Shown here in pieces: positions 37,012-43,728 of a stretch of 64,000 nucleotides of DNA. Below the pieces are notes generated by a model. It searched no databases. It saw only the letters and a program-made list of their open reading frames with translations, and had not been told where the DNA came from. How positions within the stretch are numbered: position 1 is the first letter of the stretch; every line of letters begins with the position of its first letter. Location of the stretch: positions 1,987,957 to 2,051,956 of the forward strand of contig OZ242348.1 in assembly GCA_965208625.1 (NCBI GenBank), written 5' to 3'. Position numbers and translations under genes: made by a program. The DNA is from Dehalococcoidia bacterium (lineage in GTDB: Bacteria; Chloroflexota; Dehalococcoidia; Lucifugimonadales; Australimonadaceae).

Positions 37012-38205
37012 CTACCTCTTCCCCGACAGCCCCGTGAGGAGCGTCCCCCGGTCGATCTCCCCGAGCAGGCTCCCGTGCTCCCCGACCACCGCGATGGGGT
37101 ATTCGGTCTCGGCTGCCATCGGAACGACCTCCTCGATGAACGCATCCGGGTCCGTGGTGACTGCCAGGACGAGGTGGGCCTCTTCCAGGGACTCCTTCCG
37201 CTGGAGGAGCAGCTCCCTCGCCTCCGCCGCCGTCAGCATCCCCTTGAGGGTGAAGTCACGTGCGATGAGGAACACCGCGTCGAGGCCATGCTGGTTCATC
37301 GCGTACAGCGCGACGCGGGGGCCCTGCCGTTCGTACATGACCACGCCGGGCTCCTGCATGATGGCCTTCGCCTGGATGACCTTCGCCCGCGACACGTCCC
37401 GCACGAAGTCGGTGACGTAGGCGTCGGTGGGCAGCGTAACGACCTCCTCGGGCGAGCCCATCTGGATGATCTCGCCGTCCCGCATGATCGCGATGCGGTC
37501 GCCCATCTTGAGGGCCTCGTTCAGGTCGTGTGTGATGAACACGATGGTCTTCTGCAGCTCCGTCTGGAGGGTGAGGAGCTCGTCCTGCATCTCCCTCAGT
37601 ATGAGCGGGTCGAGCCCGCTGAATGGCTCGTCCATGAGCAGCACGGTGGGGTTGGTCGCCAGCGCCCTGGCGAGGCCGACGCGCTGCTGCATCCCGCCGC
37701 TCATCTGATTGGGGTGGTTGTGCTCCCAACCCTCCAGCCCCACGACTCTGATGGCATCCAGCGCAGCCTCGTACCTCTGTTCCCTGTCCATGCCTCGCAC
37801 TTCCAGCCCGTACACCACGTTGTCGATGACGTTGCGATGCGGGAGGAGGCCGTAGTGCTGGAAGACCATGGCGGTCTTGCTGCGCCGGAACTCCACCAAC
37901 TGATTTGCGGAGTAGCCCTGGATATCCTCGCCGTCGAAACAGACCTGCCCCGCGGTGGGCTCAGTGAGCCTGAGGAGGCAGCGCACCAGGGTGGACTTGC
38001 CGCTGCCGGACAGGCCCATGACCACGAAGACCTCTCCGGTGTCAACGGTGAAGGAAACGTCACGGAGTCCGACGACGACGCCCAGCGCTCGCCGTATCTC
38101 CTCGCGGGTCATGGACTCGCACTCCGGCTGCAGGGCGGCCTCCGGGTTTTCGCCGAACACCTTCCAGAGGTTACTGACCTCTATCCGACCACTGCCCTGC
38201 CCCAT
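37012..38205 (-). CDS. Glycine betaine/proline-type ABC transporter ATP-binding protein with C-terminal CBS pair (ProV/OpuAA-like)
   Basis: 397 aa. GLSGSGKST, MSGGMQQRVGLARAL, LLMDEPFSGLD, then a CBS-like tail. No cognate permease or SBP gene adjacent. Confidence 0.85.
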   Translation of the reverse strand: MGQGSGRIEVSNLWKVFGENPEAALQPECESMTREEIRRALGVVVGLRDVSFTVDTGEVFVVMGLSGSGKSTLVRCLLRLTEPTAGQVCFDGEDIQGYSANQLVEFRRSKTAMVFQHYGLLPHRNVIDNVVYGLEVRGMDREQRYEAALDAIRVVGLEGWEHNHPNQMSGGMQQRVGLARALATNPTVLLMDEPFSGLDPLILREMQDELLTLQTELQKTIVFITHDLNEALKMGDRIAIMRDGEIIQMGSPEEVVTLPTDAYVTDFVRDVSRAKVIQAKAIMQEPGVVMYERQGPRVALYAMNQHGLDAVFLIARDFTLKGMLTAAEARELLLQRKESLEEAHLVLAVTTDPDAFIEEVVPMAAETEYPIAVVGEHGSLLGEIDRGTLLTGLSGKR

Positions 38206-38414
38206 GTTCGGATGGCTCCCATCGAATGGACCAATCCAACCCGATACTTACAGGATAGTAACGTTTAACGCCAATCGCAATGGGAATATACTCCGAAATA
38301 CGGCCTGTCTCCGGCATATTGTTCGGAATCAGCAGCACCGCGCTGCCACAGGCAGGACATGGGCGGTCGGCAGCTGCAGGCTGAGGGCGTGGCAGGGGCG
38401 ATGAGTGACTCTGC

Positions 38415-38525
38415 GACATCCGCCCCTTACGCGGTCGCCCCGCTCCCCGTTACGCTGGTTGCATGACCTTGCCCGCGGCCCACCACCAGCCCGATGCAGC
38501 AAGATGAACACCGGTGAGCGCACCC
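38415..38525 (+). repeat. Dispersed intergenic repeat, copy A
   Basis: GACATCCGCCCCTTACGC (38415-38432) is identical to 58262-58279. A downstream module GAACACCGGTGAGCGC (38506-38521) matches GAACACCCGGTGAGCAG (58380-58396). Confidence 0.6.
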
Positions 38526-38710
38526 AATCTTTGAATTTCGAGTGGAATCTTGATGCCTTGAACACGGGAAGCAGACCACGGCCTTGGAAACACCCCGATT
38601 CAAGGAGTTCAAGAGCCTCATTTCGGGCATGCGATTCACTCGTAAAAGGGCGTTCAAGATCTCAAAAGGAGGGTAGGTTTGGAATCTTGATCGGCGCCCA
38701 GGGCGCGGTT

Positions 38711-38815
38711 GTCATTCCGAGCGAAGCCGAGGAATCTCTCGGGAGACGCCCCGTCGTGTGCCGACGCTTCCCCGAGAGATGTTTCGACTCCGCCTCTGGC
38801 TCCGCTCAACATGAC
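38711..38815. repeat. MITE/REP-like long imperfect inverted repeat (GTCATTCC...-type element)
   Basis: Left arm GTCATTCCGAGCGAAGCCGAGGAATCTCTCGGG; right arm CCCGAGAGATGTTTCGACTCCGCCTCTGGCTCCGCTCAACATGAC. The core TCTCTCGGG/CCCGAGAGA is perfect. Non-coding, 68 nt upstream of leuS. Confidence 0.6.
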
Positions 38816-38882
38816 ATCATCCCACGCCTGACCGCTATCCGCTAAACTGATACTCCACAGTTCCTGACCCTCGGAGCGATAC

Positions 38883-41360
38883 ATGACCACCCGCCAGCGC
38901 ATGGCCCCCCTCCGCTACAACCCTGCGGAGATCGACCGCAAGTGGCAACAGCGGTGGGCCGACGACAACCTCTACCAAGTGAACGACGACGACCCCCGGC
39001 CGCGGTGGTACGCCCTCACCATGTACCCCTACCCCTCCGGCGACCTCCACATCGGCCACTGGTACGCCATGGCGCCGTCCGACGCCCACGCCCGCTTCAT
39101 GCGGATGCGCGGCTACAACGTGCTGCATCCCATGGGGTTCGACGCGTTCGGCCTTCCGGCTGAGAACGCCGCCATCAGCCGGGGCATCCACCCGTTCATC
39201 TGGACGATGGGAAACATCGACCGTATGCGCGCCCAGCTCCGCTCCATGGGCACGGTCTACGACTGGGACAGGGAAATCGTCACCTGCCAGCCAGACTACT
39301 ACGCTTGGAACCAGTGGTTCTTCCTCAAGATGTACGAGCAGGGCCTCGCCTACCGCGCATCCGCCCCCGTCAACTGGTGCCCCACCTGCCAGACCGTGCT
39401 CGCCAACGAGCAGGTCGTCGACGGGAAGTGCGAGCGCACTGGCGACGTCGTCATCCGCCGCGAGATGGACCAGTGGTTCTTCCGCATCACCAACTACGCC
39501 GACGAACTGCTGGACTTCTCCGGCGTCGTCGACTGGCCCGAACGCATCAAGACGATGCAGACCAACTGGATAGGCCGCAGCGAGGGCGTCGATATCTCGT
39601 TCGACATCTCGGAGTACGGCCTGGACGAACGCGAGATAACGACGTTCACGACGCGCATCGACACCATCTTCGGCGTCACGTTCGTCGTTCTCGCGCCGGA
39701 GCACCCGCTCGTCGAGCGGCTCACGACGCCGGAGCAGCGCGACGCCGTCGAGGCGTACGTCGCCCGCGCCCGCGAGGCGACCGAGATAGACCGCCTCTCC
39801 GTCGAACGGGAGAAGACCGGCGTCTTCACCGGCTCGTATGCGGTCAACCCGCTCAACGGCGACCGCGTGCCCATCTGGGTGGGCGACTATGTGCTCCTCA
39901 CCTACGGCACCGGCGCGGTGATGGGCGTCCCCGCCCACGACTCGCGCGACTTCGACTTCGCCCTCAAGTACGGGCTGGAGATCCGCGTCGTCGTCGCGCC
40001 GCCGAACTGGAACGGCACGCCGCTCCGGGAGGCGTGGGTCGAGAAGAGCGGCTCGCAGGTCAACTCCGGGCAGTTCAACGGCATGCCGAACGCCGCCGGG
40101 TACGAGGCCATTGCCGACCACGTCGAGCAGCAGGGATGGGGCAGGCGCACCGTCGGCTACCGGATGCGCGACTGGCTCATCAGCCGCCAGCGCTATTGGG
40201 GCACGCCCATCCCCATCGTCTACTGCGATAACTGCGGCGCGCAGCCCGTGCCGTACGACCAGCTCCCTGTCGTCCTGCCCGACGACGCCGAGTTCAAGCC
40301 GACCGGCGAGTCGCCGCTCCGCTACCACGACGGCTTCCTCCACACGACCTGCCCCGCCTGCGGCGGCCCCGCGACCCGCGAGACCGACACGATGGACACG
40401 TTCGTGGACTCGTCGTGGTACTTCCTGCGCTACGTCAGCCCCGACTTCGCCGAGGGACCGTTCGACCCCTCGCGCGTCGACTCGTGGAACCCCGTCGACC
40501 AGTACACGGGCGGCGCGGAGCACGCGGTGATGCACCTGCTCTACGCCCGCTTCTTCACAAAGGTCGTCCGCGACCTCGGCCTCATCGACTTCGGCGAGCC
40601 GTTCCTGCGCCTCTTCAACCAGGGCACCGTGCTCTCAGACCACATGAAGATGAGCAAGAGCCGCGGCAACGTCATCGCCCCGGACGAGTACGTGAAGGAC
40701 CTCGGCGCGGACGTCGTGCGCCTCTACCTGATGTTCATGGGCCCGTGGGAGGGCGGCGGCGACTGGAGCGACTCCGGCATCAACGGCGTCGCGCGCTGGG
40801 TGAACCGCCTCTGGGACCTCTGCCTGAGGGACACCGATACGTTGCCCGAGGCCGAGGCCGCTTCCGATCGCGCCGTCATCCGCAAGACGCACCAGACGAT
40901 CCGCGGCGTCATCGAGAGCCTGGAGCGCTTCAAGTACAACACCGCCCTCGCCTCGATGATGGAGCTCACCAACGAGATGTCGCCCGCCTACGACGCCGGC
41001 GCCGTGTCGCGCCGCGCCTGGAACGAGGCCGTCGAGTCGCTGCTCCTCCTCCTCGCGCCGATGGGCCCGCACCTCGCGGAGGAGCTCTGGGAGCGCACGG
41101 GGCACCCGTACAGCGTCCACAACCAGCCCCTGCCCGAGTGGGACGAGACGCTCGCCGCCATCGAGGAGGCCACGCTCGTCGTGCAGGTGAACGGCAAGGT
41201 CCGCGACCGTATCGCCGTCTCCGCCTCGATCTCCGAGGGTGACGCCAGGGAAGCGGCGCTCACGTCGGAGAAGGTGGTCGCCTACACGGAGGGCAAGCAG
41301 GTCGACAAGGTCGTCTTCGTCCCTGGCCGCTACCTCGTCAGCGTCGTCGTCAAGGACTAG
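38883..41360 (+). CDS. leuS: Leucine--tRNA ligase
   Basis: 825 aa. HIGH motif (GDLHIGHWY), KMSKS (MKMSKSRGN), CP1 editing domain and zinc-knuckle cysteines. Confidence 0.97.
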   Translation: MTTRQRMAPLRYNPAEIDRKWQQRWADDNLYQVNDDDPRPRWYALTMYPYPSGDLHIGHWYAMAPSDAHARFMRMRGYNVLHPMGFDAFGLPAENAAISRGIHPFIWTMGNIDRMRAQLRSMGTVYDWDREIVTCQPDYYAWNQWFFLKMYEQGLAYRASAPVNWCPTCQTVLANEQVVDGKCERTGDVVIRREMDQWFFRITNYADELLDFSGVVDWPERIKTMQTNWIGRSEGVDISFDISEYGLDEREITTFTTRIDTIFGVTFVVLAPEHPLVERLTTPEQRDAVEAYVARAREATEIDRLSVEREKTGVFTGSYAVNPLNGDRVPIWVGDYVLLTYGTGAVMGVPAHDSRDFDFALKYGLEIRVVVAPPNWNGTPLREAWVEKSGSQVNSGQFNGMPNAAGYEAIADHVEQQGWGRRTVGYRMRDWLISRQRYWGTPIPIVYCDNCGAQPVPYDQLPVVLPDDAEFKPTGESPLRYHDGFLHTTCPACGGPATRETDTMDTFVDSSWYFLRYVSPDFAEGPFDPSRVDSWNPVDQYTGGAEHAVMHLLYARFFTKVVRDLGLIDFGEPFLRLFNQGTVLSDHMKMSKSRGNVIAPDEYVKDLGADVVRLYLMFMGPWEGGGDWSDSGINGVARWVNRLWDLCLRDTDTLPEAEAASDRAVIRKTHQTIRGVIESLERFKYNTALASMMELTNEMSPAYDAGAVSRRAWNEAVESLLLLLAPMGPHLAEELWERTGHPYSVHNQPLPEWDETLAAIEEATLVVQVNGKVRDRIAVSASISEGDAREAALTSEKVVAYTEGKQVDKVVFVPGRYLVSVVVKD

Positions 41361-41390
41361 CCGATCACCGTCATTCTCGCCCTCCCCGTC

Positions 41391-41477
41391 ATTCCCGCGT
41401 AGGCGGGAATCCAGACGAACGACGCTGTCTGATCCCTTCCCCCTTGATGGGGGAAGGTTAGGATGGGGGTATCCCCC
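41391..41477 (+). terminator. Three consecutive perfect hairpins after leuS (terminator / REP-like elements)
   Basis: ATTCCCGC-GTAG-GCGGGAAT (41391-41410); CCTTCCCCC-TTGAT-GGGGGAAGG (41435-41457); GGGGG-TAT-CCCCC (41465-41477). Starts 31 nt after the leuS stop. Confidence 0.55.
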
Positions 41478-41548
41478 ACAAGCGCTCCGGGCGGGTGGGT
41501 GGGAAGATTTACGCCTGCCAGGCGCGAACAAGGAGGCGCGAGCCACTC

Positions 41549-41926
41549 ATGAACCCCATCGAACGCCGCCGCTTCCAGACGCTCGTGCGGGGGATGCTCC
41601 CCGCCCCCTTCGTCTACGTCGCTGTCGCTGTGGTCTACTTCGCGTTCTTCGGCAACGAGCCGTTCTTCGGAACGCGACTCGCGACCATCGCGGCGGTCGC
41701 GACCGGCATCGCCGTGCCGATCGCCTCACTCCTCATCACTGCGAACGCCCTGGCGAGCCAGCGGCCACCCGCGCGTCTCGCGCAGACGCTCCTCGTCCTG
41801 GCCCATGCCCCCGGCCTCGTCGGATTCGTGCTCACGGTCGGCGCAGACCAGATCTGGTACAGCCTCGCCCTCGGTGCGGAAGGCTTCGTCATCCTCCTCG
41901 TCATCCGGGCGCGGCTGGGGACGTAG
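41549..41926 (+). CDS. Small integral membrane protein, unknown function
   Basis: Start at Met19 of ORF 41495..41926 (AAGGAGG SD 12 nt upstream): MNPIERRRFQTLVRG... 4 hydrophobic helices. Confidence 0.55.
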   Translation: MNPIERRRFQTLVRGMLPAPFVYVAVAVVYFAFFGNEPFFGTRLATIAAVATGIAVPIASLLITANALASQRPPARLAQTLLVLAHAPGLVGFVLTVGADQIWYSLALGAEGFVILLVIRARLGT

Positions 41927-42587
41927 CCGCGCCTACTCGGGACGCAGCAGCCAGACGCGGGCGAACGGGTGCGGGTCGGAGGTCTCCGCCTCGATGCGCA
42001 TCCCCGACTGCGCGAACACCCAGTGCCAGTCGTCCCAGCGTGTACTTGTTGTGGATGCGGAACTGCTCCAGCGCCCGCTCGTAGCGCGTCTCCTCCGGCT
42101 CGCCCGGCTCGACGAGGCGGCGCTCGACGTACTCCCGCATCGGCTGGCGGAACCAGTCGAACAGCAGCATCCGACCGTCCGGCTTCAACACCCGAGCGGC
42201 CTGCTCCCGCAGGAACGAGAACGGGTCGTCGAACCCGTGCAGCACCGCCGCCATCGTGAGCAGGTCGACCGACCCGTCGTCGTAGGGCAGCGGCGAACTC
42301 TCCACGTTCGCCAGTACGAGCGACGGCACGGGTCCGGCGTAGTCGATGGCGCGCGCGTTCTCGACCATCGCCTCGTTCGCGTCGACGCCGTGGAGCGTGG
42401 CGTCCGGCAGCCGCTCGGAGAGGTCGCGCAGGAAGAGGCCGGGCCCCGGCCCCACGTCCACGATCACTGGCGAGGGCGGCAGCACCGGCGCCACCCGCTC
42501 GTCCCAGAACCGCCAGAACGCCTCGTTGAAGCGCAGGGTGTACCGCTCCAACTGACGCCGCAGGGCGCGCTCGTCCCGCTGCGTCAT
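41901..42587 (-). CDS. Class I SAM-dependent methyltransferase (tandem paralog 2), 3' end apparently frameshifted
   Basis: Start at ATG 42587, overlapping the upstream paralog's stop (ATGA). Motif I VIVDVGPGPGLF. After ..IHNKYTL the annotated frame loses similarity to paralog 1. The -1-base-corrected frame reads TLDDWHWVFAQSGMRIEAETSDPHPFARVWLLRPE* (stop at 41933-35). Confidence 0.7.
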   Translation of the reverse strand: MTQRDERALRRQLERYTLRFNEAFWRFWDERVAPVLPPSPVIVDVGPGPGLFLRDLSERLPDATLHGVDANEAMVENARAIDYAGPVPSLVLANVESSPLPYDDGSVDLLTMAAVLHGFDDPFSFLREQAARVLKPDGRMLLFDWFRQPMREYVERRLVEPGEPEETRYERALEQFRIHNKYTLGRLALGVRAVGDAHRGGDLRPAPVRPRLAAASRVGAATSPAAPG

Positions 42588-43228
42588 CGCGGCACTCCCG
42601 CAAGGGCGACATGGCTGGTGCGCGGGTGCGCCTCGCCAACGATCTCGAAGCCACCTTCGGCCAGCAGCCATCGCCACTCGTCGAGCGTGAAGCGATTGTG
42701 GTACGGCTGCAGGCTCATCATCGCCGCCGGGTCGTTGCCGAACCCGCCCCGTCCCTCGATGTAGGCCGGGAGCGTCTGCCGCTTCCAGTCGAAGAGCAGG
42801 TAGACCCCACCCGGACGGAGCATCCGGTGCACCTCGGCGAACAGCATGAGAGGGTTGTCCAGGAAGCAGGTCACGTTCGCGGAGATGCAGAGGTCGAGCG
42901 ACGCGTCCTCGACCGGATACGGCGCGTGGTTCAGGTCGTGCAAGGTGAACGACGGCGCGCCGGTGGCGTAGTCGAGCCCTTTGGCGTTGGAGAGCATCGC
43001 CTTCGACACGTCCACCCCGCGCAGCGTGGCGTCCGGCAGCCGCGACGGCAGCTCCTGCAGCAGCAGCCCCGCTCCGCAGCCGAGGTCGGCGATGGCCGGA
43101 GCGTCGCCGGTGCGCGGGCGCACCTGGGACTCGAAGAACTCCCAGAACGCGAGCGGGTAGCGGCGTCCGAAGTCCGACGACATCCGTTCCACCATCGCGC
43201 TCTGGTTCCAGCGGGAATCGGTGGTCAT
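42584..43228 (-). CDS. Class I SAM-dependent methyltransferase (tandem paralog 1)
   Basis: 214 aa. Motif I AIADLGCGAGLLL; RMLRPGGVYLLFDW. Confidence 0.8.
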   Translation of the reverse strand: MTTDSRWNQSAMVERMSSDFGRRYPLAFWEFFESQVRPRTGDAPAIADLGCGAGLLLQELPSRLPDATLRGVDVSKAMLSNAKGLDYATGAPSFTLHDLNHAPYPVEDASLDLCISANVTCFLDNPLMLFAEVHRMLRPGGVYLLFDWKRQTLPAYIEGRGGFGNDPAAMMSLQPYHNRFTLDEWRWLLAEGGFEIVGEAHPRTSHVALAGVPR

Positions 43229-43235
43229 GCGCCGG

Positions 43236-43646
43236 CTAGCCCTCCATGTTGACGGTGACGCCCTGCTCCTTGAAGACGTCGCTGCCGGCCTGCATGGCGT
43301 TGAACGCGGCGGGCAGCCCTGCGTACGGGATCGCCTGCAGGAACACTTCCGCTATCTCCTCCGGCGTGATGCCGAGGTGCAGCGCGTAGCGGGTGTAGGC
43401 GCCAACCTGCGGCGTGCGCCCCAGCGCCGTCATCATGCCGAGCACGATCATGCAGCGCGTCCTGAGGTCGATGCGCTCGCGCGACCATACCTCGCCGAAG
43501 TTGAAACCGATGACGAAGTCCTCCAACCCCGGGACCATGTCGAGACCGGCGGCGTTGCCGGTGCTCCGTGAGCCCTCCGAACCGCTGATCGCCTTCCGTA
43601 CCGCGCGTCCCCGCGCTTTGCTCTCCTCCGCCTGGTGCAGCGTCAT
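43236..43646 (-). CDS. Carboxymuconolactone decarboxylase family protein
   Basis: 136 aa. FGEVWSRERIDLRTRCMIVLGMMTALGR..LHLGITPEEIAEVFLQAIPYAGLPAAFNA is a gamma-CMD-like domain. Confidence 0.75.
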   Translation of the reverse strand: MTLHQAEESKARGRAVRKAISGSEGSRSTGNAAGLDMVPGLEDFVIGFNFGEVWSRERIDLRTRCMIVLGMMTALGRTPQVGAYTRYALHLGITPEEIAEVFLQAIPYAGLPAAFNAMQAGSDVFKEQGVTVNMEG

Positions 43647-43728
43647 GGGCAGTCCTCCTGTGTGCGAACGTATGGCCGGGCGATGCCGGCGGGCGCGATG
43701 CTACACGAGAAGGCGCGCCTTCGGCGCG

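Noticed and set aside
38206-38882. Possible T-box or other riboswitch leader upstream of leuS.
   Set aside because: No T-box core-like sequence, specifier-loop architecture or terminator/antiterminator pair could be found. The region is instead explained by repeat elements (inverted-repeat element, direct repeats, dispersed repeat copy A).
35797-38882. Integron-like cassette array (TA cassette and orphan genes separated by repeats acting as attC sites).
   Set aside because: The repeats lack the inverted R''/R' core pair (RYYYAAC ... GTTRRRY) and the imperfect-palindrome organisation of attC. There is no intI gene, and the genes are in mixed orientation.
38835-40535. Very long ORFs antisense to, or frame-shifted within, real genes. 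Examples: 38835..40535(-) inside leuS, 10810..12270(-), 15393..17105(+), 16936..18561(+), 45250..47235(+), 60032..61918(+), 387..995(+).
   Set aside because: High GC suppresses stop codons in non-coding frames. These translations are Arg/Ala/Gly/Pro/His-rich with no motifs. Each overlaps a gene on the other strand or frame that carries unambiguous family signatures.
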